This document shows, piece by piece, positions 47,312 through 59,317 of a stretch of DNA of 64,000 nt. The DNA lies in the NCBI GenBank assembly GCA_052327205.1, contig CM126208.1, forward strand, positions 207,576,001 through 207,640,000, given 5' to 3'. Numbering within the stretch: position 1 is the stretch's first letter; each line of letters opens with the position of its first letter. The DNA is from Somniosus microcephalus. Lineage: Eukaryota. The notes beneath the pieces are model-generated. The model did no database searches. It was not told the DNA's origin and saw only the letters and a program-made list of their open reading frames with translations. The position numbers and the translations under genes are program-made.

Positions 47312-50300
47312 AAGAACATAAGAAATCGGAGCAGGAGTAGGCCAATCGGCCCCTCGAGCCTGCTCCGCCATTCAATAAGATCATGGCTGATCTGATCCTA
47401 ACCGCCAATCCACTATCACAGAACCATCTCCTGAATCTAACAGAATTAGACACACGAAATAGGAGCAGGATCAGGCTACACGGCCCCTGGGCCCGCTCCG
47501 CTACCCACAGGGCCATGACCGATCCGAACCTAGACTCATGTCCACATTCCTGCCCGCTCCCCGTAACCCTTAATTCTCTTTACTTCTAGGAAACTGTCTA
47601 TTTCTGTTTTAAATTTATGTAATGATGTAGCTTCTACAGCTTTTTGGGGCAGCATATTCCATGGACCTACCACCTTCTGAGTGAAGTAGTTCCTCCTCAT
47701 CTCAGTTTTGAAAGAGCAGCCCCTTATTCTAAGACTATGCCCCCTAGTTCTAGTTTCACCCATCATCGGGAACATCTTCCCCGCATCCACCTGATCCAAC
47801 CCCTTCACAATCTTATATATTTCAATAAGATCGCCTCTCATTCTTCTGAACTCCAATGAGTAGAGTCCCAATCTACTCAACCTCTCCTCATATGTCCATC
47901 CCCTCATCCCCAGGATTAACCGAGTGAACCTTCTTTGTACTGACTCGAGAGCAAGTATGTCCTTTCTTAAGTATGGACACCAAAACTGTACGCAGTATTC
48001 CAGGTGCAGTCTCACCAATACCTTGTACAACTGAAGCAATACCTCCCTATTTTTATATTCTATCCCCCTAGCAATGAAAGCCAACATTCCATTGGCCTTC
48101 CTAATCACTTGCTGCACCTGCATACTAACCTTTTGGGTTTCGTGCACCAGGACCCCCAGATCCCTTTGTACTTCAGTACTTTCCAGTTTCTTGCCATTAA
48201 GATAATAACTTGCTCTATGATTTTTCCTGCCAAAGTGCATAACCTCACACTTTCCAGTATTGTATTCCATCTGCCAAATCTCTGCCCACTTACTTAGCCT
48301 GTCGATGTCCCCTTGCAGGTTTTTTATGTCCTCCTCACTCACTACTTTCCCTCCTATCTTAGTATCATCTGCAAACTTTGATATGTTACACTCGGTCCCC
48401 TCCTCCAAATCGTTAATATAGATTGTAAAGAGTTGGGGACCCAGCACTGACCCCTGCGGAACACCACTAGTTACTGATTGCCAGTCTGAGAATGAACCAT
48501 TTATCCCAACTCTCTGCCTTCTGTTAGATAGCCAATCCTCTATCCATGCCAGAATATTACCCCCAATCCCGTGATTTTTTATCTTAAGCAATAATCTTTT
48601 GTGTGGCACCTTGTCAAATGCCTTTTGGAAGTCTAAATACACTACGTCCACTGGTTGCCCTTTATCCACCCTATACGTTACTTCCTCAAAGAACCCCAGC
48701 AAATTTGTCAAACATGACTTCCCCTTCATAAAACCATGCTGACTTTGTCCGATTAAATTATGATTATCCAAATGTCCTGTTACTGTCTCCTTAATAATGG
48801 ACTCCAAAATTTTGCCTACCACAGATGTTTTCCAGCCTTCCGTCTACTGCCCTTTTTAAATAAGGGTGTTACATTAGCAGTTTTCCAGTCTGCCGGGACC
48901 TTTGCCGAGTCCAGGGAGTTTTGGAAAATTATTACCAATGCATCCACAATCCCTACCGCCACTTCCCTCAAGACCCTAGGATGTAAGCCATCAGGTCCAG
49001 GTGATTTATCCGCCTTGAGTCCCATTATTTTACCGAGTACCACTTCCTTAGTGATTTTGATCGTGTTTAGCTCCTCCCCCCCTTTAGCCCCCTGTTTGTC
49101 CAGTGTTGGGATATTCTTAGTGTCTTCTACTGTAAAGACTGATGTAAAATATTCATTCAGTGTTTTTGCCATCTCCATATTTCCCACCATTAATTTCCCG
49201 GTCTCATCCTCTAAGGGACCAACATTTACTTTAGCCACCCTTTTTCTTTTTATATAACTATAAAAACTCTTACTATCTGTTTTTATATTTTTTGCTCATT
49301 TACTTTCATAATCTATCTTCCCTTTCTTAATCAATCTTTTTGTTATTTTTTGCTGTCTTTTAAAGTTTTCCCAATCCTCTATCCTCCCACTAGATTTGGC
49401 TACCTTATATGCCCTTGTTTTTAGTCGAATACTATCCTTAATTTCTTTACTTAGCCACGGATGGCTGTCTTTTCTTTTACACCCTTTTCAGTGGAATATT
49501 TTTTTTTTGGAAGTTGTAAAATAACTCCTTAAATGTACACCACTGATCATGTATCGTCTTACCCTTTAATCTATTTTCCCAATCCACTCTACTCAATTCC
49601 GCTCTCATACCTTCATAGTCTCCTTTATTCAAGCTTAGCACGCTTGTTTGAGATCCAACCTTCTCACCCTCTAATTGAATATGGAATTCAACCATGTTAT
49701 GGTCACTCATTCCAAGGGGATCCTTTACTAGGACATTTTTAATTAATCCTGTCTCGTTACACAGGACCAGATCTAAGGTTGCTTACCCCCTGGTCGGTTC
49801 AGTTAAATACTGCTCAAGAAACCCATCCCTAATACACTCAATGAACTCATCCTCAAGGCAGCCCTGCCCAATTTGATTTGTCCAATTAATATGATAGTTA
49901 AAATCCCCCATAATTATAGATGTTCCCTTATTACAAGCCTCAACTATTTCCTGATTGATACTCCGTCCAACAGAGTTGCCACTGTTCGGAGGCCTATAGA
50001 CTACGCCCACTAGTGTTTTTTTCCCCTTATTATTCCTTACCTCCACCCAAACTGTTTCATTATCCTGATCTTTTGACCCAATATCATTTCTCTGTATTAC
50101 AGTGATTCCTTCCTTTATTAACATAGCCACCCCACCTCCCCTTCCTTCCTGCCTGTCCTTCCTGATCGTTAAATAACCTGGTATGTTTAATTCCCAGGCA
50201 TTGTCACCCTGCAGCCATGTTTCTGTAATGGCCACAAGATCATACCCATATGTAGTTATTTGTGCCATTAACTCGTCTATTTTGTTACGAATGCTACGTG

Positions 50301-50520
50301 CATTCAGATAGAGAACTTTCAAATATGTTTTGTGACACTTAGTTCCTGCTTTTGCCCTTTTTATTACTTTACCTTTTACCCCATACCTTCTGCCCCTTCC
50401 TGACACGCTCTGGTTTTTAATTTCCCCACTGCTACCTAAGTCTATGACCTTCTTTGTTGTCATTTTTATTATTTGCTCTCTAGGAACCTCCCCCCCACTA
50501 GTTAGTTTAAAGCCCTCTCT
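47312..50520 (-). mobile_element. CR1 LINE with nearly the whole ORF2 (several frameshifts) and the ORF1 terminus, antisense to OXR1
   Basis: ORFs 49783-50463 (endonuclease), 49477-49710, 48816-49238, 47536-48822 (RT, FADD); ORF1 end GLN* at ~50501-50520; tail aagaacataagaa. Confidence 0.95.
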
Positions 50521-51915
50521 ACATAGTGGAAACCCTCAGGACTGGCTCCTTATGTTAAACCATGACAAATAAGTTAACAGTCCATTTGTCTAGCTTTATG
50601 TGTTTTTATTAAATGGGTGAAGTTTGTGCAGGTTTTGATGAAGCAGAATGGATTCTTTTTTTCTACTTTTCTCACCCAATCTCCATACACCAGGCCAAGT
50701 GTAGTTCAGGCTGGCTGGAGAATGAGGTGCCCTCTACCCTCTCCCAGCAATGTTAGAAGAGTATATACTGCATCAATGGGAATTTTCAGTTTCTACACCA
50801 TCCAAACTAAATTACCAAGTTATGAGTAGCTTTATTACATGAGCTGTGCCCTGTGGGAAGTCGATTGAAAGTGGTTAAAATCAATACTGCAGTTGTTAAG
50901 GTGCTGTACTTCCAACCTCGAGATCCCGAGTTCAAATCCCACCATGGTAAATTGTGAAAATGAATTCAGTTGATCTGGTAATTTGATGGCTGGTACCAGA
51001 AACATAACCATGAGAGCTGCCAGATTTTCATCAATTCCCAACTTGTTTAGTTTACTTCAGGGAAGGAAACCTGCCATCCATGCCGAGTCCGTTCAACATT
51101 TAACTCTATTCGGAAACTACAGGGCTATTTTCTTTTATAATGCACATCGGGGGCGGGGGTGAAGCAAATGAACCACCCACCCAATAGCCAGATGTCAGAA
51201 CCATGTTCAAGGGAGACTGAAAGTCCGTGGCACCAACCCAGAAGTCAAAACTTAAAGGGAGGGCACCGAAGGATTGCCAGCAAGCCAGAAGATATTTGTG
51301 GGGCCAAGATGAGCTTCTCCTGGCCACATACAATTAATGTTGAAAACTTACTTGCAATCTTTCCATAGTGACCACTTCGTTGTTTAGGCCACTTTTCGTC
51401 CAGTACTAGCGGGCAGAGCGTGCACAGCACATGTCCAGTGGTACCAAAAATTGCATTGGGGTCCTACAACTGGTGTATGACTCCAATTTAATTATTGTAA
51501 TATGGCACCTGCCTTTTTCAGGCAAGAGCACTAGCTGCTGATTTCAAGTCCCACTGAAATTAAGTTTGGTGGTGGTATTTATTTTAAAAAATTGGTTTGC
51601 CTATCACTCCGATTTTCATATGCTATTCAGCCTCTCGAGCCTGCTACACCATTCAGTTAGATCATGACAGCTCTGTATCTTAACTCCATCTACCCGCCTT
51701 GGTTCCATATCCCTTTAAACCCTTGCCTAACAAAACCTCCCAATCTGAGGCCAGTTATACAGCCTTACTGTTATCCCAGCAACGATCAGATAACCTAGCA
51801 CAGACCAGTGGATGAAAGCCTGGGACTTTCCTGGTCTGTAAGGCTCAGCCACTTGTTGGATAAACTCACTGAGGCATTGGGAGAGCCATTCTAGCCACTT
51901 ACAGTTAAACATAAT

Positions 51916-53257
51916 GGCCCAGAAATTCAGTTGCTTGCGCCAGCCGGTAGCGCCTTAGGAGGAAGAGATGTTGGGCGCTAGGCGGCTAGCGGCCGGGCGC
52001 AGCGCGATCTGCGCCTCTCCCCAACTTCACTAGAGATTTAGCGTCGGCGCAAAGTCTTTGCGCGCGCTCAGCTGCGCGCGCAGATCCTGACGTCATTTCA
52101 TCGTGCAACGCCCTTTGTGCACCCCAAACCGGAACTTCAGTGGCGCCGCCCTTCTTTGCGCCTGGCGCCCCCAGCGACTGGTAGAGGGGAACGGTTCCCA
52201 GTCGCTGCGGGGTGCGGGGGGCGCTATTTAAAGGGGACTCCTCCTGCATAATAAGTGACAGCCATTTTGTGCCAATCCTTCTGTGTGAGAGACAAAGGCA
52301 GAGAGCTTTCTGGTTTGACTCAGCGCTCGCACAGGTACTTCTGGCTTCAGGCCAGAGCTTTGCACTTGGATTTCACTTTCAGTGCCATAGCCTTGAGTCG
52401 CCACATATATTGTAATGGGGGCTACAATGGGTGGAAACGTTGGCTTTCTGCATTGCATTCAAAGGGATCAGAGACGCCGTGAGAGAGTGCCAGTCATGGC
52501 CAGACGGAGAAGGGCCAACAGGTGTCGGCACAGGAGGCCTTACCCACCCAGGGTATACCGCCAGCAGTTCACATGTCTGAGGAGCAGTGTGTTCGGAGGC
52601 TGTGATTCAGAAGGGAGGTGGTCACTGAGATCTGCCACCTGCTTTGCAGAGATCTGCAGCCACAGCTGAGGAGCAGGACGTCTCTGTCGGTGGCAGTGAA
52701 GGTGACGGTGGCTCTCAACTTCTATGCCACCGGCTCCTTCCAATCCGCTACTGGGGACATTGCCAACATCTCCCAGTTCGCGGTACATTGCTGCATCCGA
52801 CAGGTGAACAATGCCCTTTTCAGAAGGAGACATCAGTACATCTCCTTCCCCATGACCCTGGTCAAGCAGCAAGAGCGTACAATGGGATTTGGAAGAATAG
52901 CGGGCTTCCCCATGGTCCAGGGCGTAGAACTGATGAACCAGCATTGGTCAGGCCTTGCTTCAGGGCTGCAGTGCGCAGGGCATGGCAGCCAGACAAGTCC
53001 ACCCTCCCCCTTTAAGAGCTGACCGGCGCCAGAGTGTCTGCCGTCAATCAGCAACTCGCCGCACCTGCGCTGCGCCCGCCCTTGGGGGTATCGCCCTGGA
53101 CCGCCGGCTTAGCGCCTAATGATAGTCGTGCATCGCCTGTTTTAGCACAGCAGCAACCTCTTGGGGCGATGCGACTGAATATCGGCGAAGGTGGCGCGAA
53201 CTTTAGCGGCCGCCCGACTGTAGCGCCCCGAATGTGGCTATACTGAATTTCTAGGCC
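51916..53257 (+). mobile_element. Internally deleted Harbinger DNA transposon with TIRs and AAT TSD
   Basis: TIR GGCCCAGAAATTCAGT / ACTGAATTTCTAGGCC (1 mismatch in 16). AAT at 51913-51915 and 53258-53260. Transposase N-half at 52415-52925 (PYPPRVYR, VTVALNFYATGSFQ, AGFPMVQG), then truncated. Confidence 0.92.
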
Positions 53258-53664
53258 AATGTTCTTCATTTCCAAGAATTTTACAAATTAAAAAAAAAAA
53301 AAATTAGGGAAGAGAATTGAGTGATTTCAGTGCTGTCGCCTTGCTTCTAGGACCTCGGTTCATATCTATCCTTAATTAACTTGGCCTCTTCATATATATT
53401 CACTTTGTGAAATGAAATTGCAGTCTTTCAGGGCTCTGTCTAAAGCACAAAACTGCCTTGGCACTAAATGGAAAATCTTATTTAGAGACCTTAGGGATAG
53501 CTGATCTGTGAAGTGATGTTGAGATTAAGGCTCCTTTCATTAGAACAGAGCAAGTTAAAGGAGTTCTGATTCTGGTCTTCAAAATTATGTGGCAATTTGA
53601 AAGGTAAATAGAGAAAATGGACGAAGAATAGCCAAAAAAGGAGATATTAGGATGAGTGAGCAAA

Positions 53665-54810
53665 CAGTTAGTTGAAGAGGTGGAGGACTTCCGAGAGAAT
53701 TCCTGAGTGTGGGTTCGGTAGCTGAAGGCATGGCTGCCATGCCAGATTGAAGGGATAGGTGGATGCCCAAGAGGCTGGGCTAAAAGGAACAGAGAGTGAG
53801 AGTTTGGGAGCAGGGTTTGTAGGGCTAGAGGAGGCAACGGAGATGGGGAGGGATAAGGCTATAGAGAGATTTAAAAACAAGGATGAAAATATTGAAGCAT
53901 TAGGGGACCTGAAGCCAATGTAGGTCATCAAGGACAGGGGTGATGAGTGAATGGGATTTGGAGCAGGATAGGATATGGGCAGCAGAGTTTTGGATGAGCT
54001 GAAGTTTACGGAAAGTGGAGGATAGGAGGCCGGCTAGGGAAGCACTGGAGTCTGGAGATGACAAAGGAGTGTTTCAGCAGCAGAAGGGTTAGGCAGAGGC
54101 CGGTGCAGAGTTGGGCGATCTTATGGAGGTGGAAGTAGGTGATCTTTGTGGTGAAGAGGATATGGAGTTGGAAGCGCAGCTCAGGGTCAGCTAGGTTGTG
54201 AACAGTCTGGTTCAGCGCGAGACTTGCTGCGGAGGGGGATTAAATCAGTGGCAAGGGTATAGAGTAATGCGGTAGCCAAAGATAACGAAGCAGACTCAGC
54301 AATGTTTAGGTGGAGGAAGATCTGAGACCGCCTATCGGACAATAGCAGTCTTAACGACATCGAGGCAGTGGAGGGGTCGAGAAAGGTGGTGGAGAGGGAG
54401 CCTGTTGTCATCAGCATACATGTGGAAGATGATCCCTGACTGGGGATGATGTTGCTAAGGGCATCACGTAGATGAAAAAGAGAAGTGGGCAAGGATGGAT
54501 CCTTAGAGGCCTCCTGAGGTGCTGGTGGAGGATGGGAAGAGAATCCATTGCTGGAGATCCTTTGGCTACAGGCGGATAGGTAAGAGTGAAACTAAACAAG
54601 GAAATTCCCACTAAGCTACAATGTGGAGGAGAGGAATTGGAGAAGGATGATTTGGTTGAAGAGAGGATAAGGAGGGATAATGCATTACAGAGAATATTAT
54701 TCTGGTCTTCCATTAAAGCTGTTTTGGTGCTGTGCAAGGGATGGAAACCTGATTGGTGGGATTCAAACAGGGAGTTGTGGGAGAGATGACCACGGATCTG
54801 AGCAGAGACA
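53665..54810 (-). mobile_element. Old L2-clade LINE fragment
   Basis: Reverse-complement similarity to 13470-14040; catcagcatacatgtggaa encodes FHMYADD on the minus strand. Confidence 0.72.
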
Positions 54811-55548
54811 GCACATTTGAGCTGAAGGACAAGGGGAAAATATCTAACTAACTGGTCATGTCATGAGATGACCTGCCGTTGTCAAACTCTGTCATGTTAT
54901 GGTCACTGTTTGTGAGATGCTCCCTTGTGCCCTTACTAACTCTGACTTGAAACTAGCCAGTTTATATGTGGTTCATTAAAGTCTTCTGGAGGCTGTAGCG
55001 CACCTCTAGTATTAGCCTAGATCTTTTTGTATTCGAGATGTATAGCTTGATATACCTATCAATTCGTCCAATGAAAAGCGACGAGTTAAGAAAGTAACTA
55101 TAGGTTTTTATTGACTAAATAACAGAGCCCACCCTCGTGGGTGATCGGATCCAAGAAGGAGGAATACCAGCCAGTCGACCACCTTTATACCTGGGCAGGT
55201 AGGTGGAGCCATGGGCGGAGTCGGCAGTGGTCAGCCCAGGTATAGCAGCGTGACAAGAGGCGACCTCGTACAGTGATACAACAATGTGAACAGTGATAAC
55301 TATAGGGAAACGATCTAACAGTGATAACTATAGTGCAACGATAGTGAACGGTAAAAGTGGTTTACCACATTCACCCCTTGTTTAGATTTGAGTCCGGCGG
55401 GGTGAAGTGTACTACCAGTTCTGGTATGTCAGTCTGTCCGGAGGCCTCATAAGCCTGTCTGATCGTCGCAGCGGCGGTGTTGCGTTCTCCGGTGTTAATG
55501 CTGGCGTCTGCGAGGTAGGCGAAGGCTCTTGGGGTTCCGGCGTACCGT

Positions 55549-56510
55549 CTACCTGGGCTGGAATTGGGGGGGGGGGTGGGGGGGGGGTAGCGGTGGTGTC
55601 TCCGGAGTGCCCGAGGGTGCGAGGTCTCGTAAGGAGACTGTGTCCTCCCGCCCGTCTGGGTATGCCACGTAGGCGTACTGGGGGTTGGCGTGCAGGAGGT
55701 TCACCCTCTCGACCAGGGGGTCCGTTTTATGGGCCCTCACGTGCTTTCGCAGCAAGACAGGCCCCGGAGAGGTCAGCCAGGTTGGTAGCGTGGTTCCCGT
55801 AGTCGACTTCCTGGGGAAAACAAACATTCGTTCATGGGGGGTGGCGTTAATGGCAGTGCAAAGTAGTGACCGGGTGGAATGCAGCGCCGCCGGGAGGACC
55901 TCCTGCCAGCGAGAGGTTGGGAGGCCCTTAGACTTTAAGGCTAAGAGGACGGCCTTCCATACCGTCGCGTTCTCTCTTTCCACCTGGCCGTTCCCTCGGG
56001 GGTTGTAGCTGGTGGTCCTGCTAGTGGCGATGCCTCTCGCTAGTAGGAACTGACGGAGTTCCTCGCTCATGAAGGAGGCGCCCCGGTCACTATGTATATA
56101 GTTTGGGAACCCGAACAAGGCAAAGAGGTCGTTCAGGCATTTAACGACCGTGGTGCTGGTCATGTCTGGGCAGGGGAAGGCAAAGGGGAAACGGGAGTAC
56201 TCATCAACAATGTTGAGGAAGTACACATTACGGTCAGAGGACGGGAGGGGCCCCTTAAAATCGATGCTCAAGCGCTCGAAGGGGCGGGTGGCCTTGATCA
56301 GGCTTGCTCTGTCCGGCCTAAAGAAGTGCGGTTTGCACTCGGCACAGGTCTGGCAGTTCCTGGTCATGGTCCTGACCTCCTCGATGGAGTAGGTCAGGTT
56401 GCGGGCCTTAATGAAGTGGTAAAGCCTGGTGACCCCGGGGTGGCAGAGGTCATTGTGGAGGGTCTGAAGTCTATCAATTTGCGCGCTGGCGCATGTAATT
56501 CGCGATAGAG
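55549..56510 (-). CDS. Gypsy C integrase, disconnected from the polyprotein by a deletion/frameshift
   Basis: LHNDLCHPG..CQTC, IDFKGP, VDEYSRF, HSDRG, GNGQVEREN, GPVLL. Confidence 0.9.
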
Positions 56511-56512
56511 CG

Positions 56513-59317
56513 TTAGGTGGATAGCTCGATTCTCCACCTCAAGATCTTGTCGTTCTTGATTTTACCCCTCAGCTTGTTATTAAACATAAAAGCGACCGAC
56601 CGCTGGTCGGTGAGGAGGGTAAATCGCTTGCCTGCGAGGTAATGCCTCCAGCGGCGTACCGCCTCCACAATCGCCTGGGCCTCCTTCTCGACCGAAGAGT
56701 GTCGGATCTCAGGGCCCTGTAGGGTCCTTGAGAAGAAGGCCACCGGTCTCCCCTCCTGGTTGAGGGTAGCGGCTAGGGCGAAGTCGGATGCATCGCTCTC
56801 CACTTGGAAGGGGATGGACTCATCCACTGCGTGCATAGTGGCCTTAGCAATGTCTCCCCTGATGAGGGAGAAGGCCGTGCGCGCTTCTTCCGTAAGGGGG
56901 AAGGAGGTGGACTTCATGAGGGGTCTGGCTTTGTCCGCATAATTCGGCACCCATTGGGCATAGTAGGCGAAGAGCCCCAGGGTTCTCTTCAGCGCCTTTG
57001 GACAGTGGGGAAGGGGTAGCTCCATGAGGGGACGCATTCTTTCGGGATCGGGGCCGATGATTCCGTTCTCTACTACGCAGCCGAGGATGGCAAGGCGCGA
57101 GGTGTTAAACACACATTTCTCCTTATTGTAGGTGAGGTTCAGCCGTTGGGCCGTACGGAGGAATCTTTCCAGATTAGCGTCATGGTCTTGCCGGTCGCGG
57201 CCGCAGATGGTGACGTTATCTAGATAGGGGAACGTGGCTTGCAGCCCGTTCTGGTCAACCATCCGGTCCATCTCCCTTTGGAAGACCGAAACCCCGTTGG
57301 TGACGCCGAAGGGGACCCTAAGGAAGTGGTAGAGGCGGCCATTCGCCTCGAAGGCGGTATACTGGCGGTCCTCGGGGCGGATAGGGAGTTGGTGGTAGGC
57401 CGACTTAAGGTCGATGGTAGAGAATACCCGGTATTGAGCAATCTGATTGACCATATCAGATATGCGGGGAAGGGGGTATGCGTCCAGCTGGGTGTACCGG
57501 TTTATGGTTTGGCTGTAGTCAATGACCAGGCGGTTTTTATTGCCGGTCTTAACAACTACAACCTGGGCACGCCAGGGGCTGCTGCTCCCCTCGATGATGC
57601 CCTCCTTCAGGAGACGCTGCACCTCAGAGCTAATGAAAGCTCTGTCCCCGGAGCTGTACCGCCTGCTCTTGGTAGCGACGGGTTTGCAGTCGGGGGTGAG
57701 GTTAGCGAACAGGGAAGGTGGCGGGACCTTGAGGGTGGATAGGCCGCAGGTGTTACGCGGTGGGCGATTTAAAGGCTGCTGGTTGTCGACTGTGAGCGGG
57801 GGGAGGGGTCCACCGTATGCTAGAGTGACGCTTTGGAGGTGGGATTGAAAATCCAGCCCTAGTAGGACGGCAGCGCATAGCTGGGGCAGGACGAGGAGTT
57901 TAAAGTTTTTATACTCCGTGCCCTTAACCGACAGGGTCACAACACAGTAGCCGCTGATGTCTGTGGCGTGGGACCTCGATGCCATCGAGATCTGGTTGCG
58001 CGTTGGCTGGACAGTGAGGGAGTAGTGGCTCACCGTGTCTGGATGTATGAAGCTCTCCGTGCTTCCGCTGTCGAACAGGCAGGTCGTGGCGTGGCCGTCT
58101 ACTTTGATGTCCATCATTGACTTGGACAGCTGATGCGGGCGAGCTTGGTCTAGTGTGACGGAGGCTAGTGTGTGGCTGAGCGGGTCGCTGTAGTCTGTAG
58201 GTGAAGCGGTCGTCAGGTCTGGAGGTAAGGTGGCGGTCGAGCGTGGTGGGTAAAATGGAGGCGCCCACGAGGTGGGGCAAAATGGTGGAGAAGATGGCTG
58301 CCCCCACAACCCACATGAGGCACTGCTGGCGTCGGTTGCCTGGATCAAAGATGGCCGCCCCCATTGCTCATCTGTGGCCTTGATAGAAGATGGCCGCCCC
58401 CACAGTTCGCATGAGGCACTGCTGGCCTCTGCTGCTCTCCCTCTGCAGGCCTTCGCGAAGTGGCCTTTCTTCAGGCAGCTGGAGCACGTCGCGCTTTTGG
58501 CTGGGCAGCGCGACCTCGGGTGTTTCGCCTGCCCACAGAAGAAGCAGCCGGCGGCCCGGTCGCGGGGGTCCGAAGTCGCAGCCGGTACCGGGGGTGGCGG
58601 TCCCGATCGGGTCCGGGACGCCGACGCTGAGGTAGGTCCCGGGGGCGGCGCTACGAGGGGTATTGCGGTCGGGGTCGGGCCCGAGTCCCAGAGTCGCGAA
58701 CTGTACCTGGAATACACCTCGAGGTCCCGCTGGGTCACTTCTAGGGAGTAGGCCAAGGCTGCAGCTGTGTTCAGGTCGAGGTCCTTTGATTCCAGCAGTC
58801 TCTGCCGTGAGTAGTCGGACCGAAGGCCTTTCACGAAGGCATCACGGATGTTATCTTCAGTGTTTTCTGCAGCCGATACTGCTTTAAAGTCACAGTCCCT
58901 GCCGAGTGTTCGTAGCGCCCGTAAAAATTCAGCTACAGACTCTCCTGGCTGTTGCGGGCGGGATCTTAGGAGGTGTCTGGCATACATGGAATTTACCGGG
59001 CTCCGGTACTGCTGTTTCAGTAGGTTGATAGCGGCCTCGTAAGTAGTAATGTCCTGGATGAGTGCGTATACTTTAGGGCTCGCTTGGGCGGTCAGAACTC
59101 TCAGTTTGGATCTCTGAGGGACGCCGGATTCTTCCAGGTAGGATTCGAAGCAGCACAGCCAGTGTTTGAAGTCGAGGGCTGCGTTTGTTGCTTGTGGGTT
59201 TAGATCCAGGTACGGTGGTTTGAGGGCTCGCAACCAAGCCGGCTGTTGTAGCTGGGCGTCTGGCTGGTCGTTTGGCTGCTCCGTTGACTGGTTGTTTGGC
59301 TGCTCAAGTGACGACAT
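56513..59317 (-). CDS. Gypsy C gag-pol polyprotein (gag, two CCHC knuckles, protease, RT, RNase H), ending prematurely
   Basis: 934-aa ORF: CFFCGQAKH, CSSCLKKGH, LFDSGS, YLDN, ESDASD, EKEAQAIV, LTDQ. Confidence 0.93.
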   Translation of the reverse strand: MSSLEQPNNQSTEQPNDQPDAQLQQPAWLRALKPPYLDLNPQATNAALDFKHWLCCFESYLEESGVPQRSKLRVLTAQASPKVYALIQDITTYEAAINLLKQQYRSPVNSMYARHLLRSRPQQPGESVAEFLRALRTLGRDCDFKAVSAAENTEDNIRDAFVKGLRSDYSRQRLLESKDLDLNTAAALAYSLEVTQRDLEVYSRYSSRLWDSGPTPTAIPLVAPPPGPTSASASRTRSGPPPPVPAATSDPRDRAAGCFFCGQAKHPRSRCPAKSATCSSCLKKGHFAKACRGRAAEASSASCELWGRPSSIKATDEQWGRPSLIQATDASSASCGLWGQPSSPPFCPTSWAPPFYPPRSTATLPPDLTTASPTDYSDPLSHTLASVTLDQARPHQLSKSMMDIKVDGHATTCLFDSGSTESFIHPDTVSHYSLTVQPTRNQISMASRSHATDISGYCVVTLSVKGTEYKNFKLLVLPQLCAAVLLGLDFQSHLQSVTLAYGGPLPPLTVDNQQPLNRPPRNTCGLSTLKVPPPSLFANLTPDCKPVATKSRRYSSGDRAFISSEVQRLLKEGIIEGSSSPWRAQVVVVKTGNKNRLVIDYSQTINRYTQLDAYPLPRISDMVNQIAQYRVFSTIDLKSAYHQLPIRPEDRQYTAFEANGRLYHFLRVPFGVTNGVSVFQREMDRMVDQNGLQATFPYLDNVTICGRDRQDHDANLERFLRTAQRLNLTYNKEKCVFNTSRLAILGCVVENGIIGPDPERMRPLMELPLPHCPKALKRTLGLFAYYAQWVPNYADKARPLMKSTSFPLTEEARTAFSLIRGDIAKATMHAVDESIPFQVESDASDFALAATLNQEGRPVAFFSRTLQGPEIRHSSVEKEAQAIVEAVRRWRHYLAGKRFTLLTDQRSVAFMFNNKLRGKIKNDKILRWRIELST

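Noticed and set aside
52415-53022. Domesticated HARBI1 host gene
   Set aside because: Frameshifted, truncated before the first catalytic Asp, and bounded by TIRs and a TSD.
56500-56520. Programmed frameshift or stop read-through between RNase H and integrase
   Set aside because: Conserved residues (Y.PG..N..D) are missing relative to Gypsy B, so a deletion explains it better.
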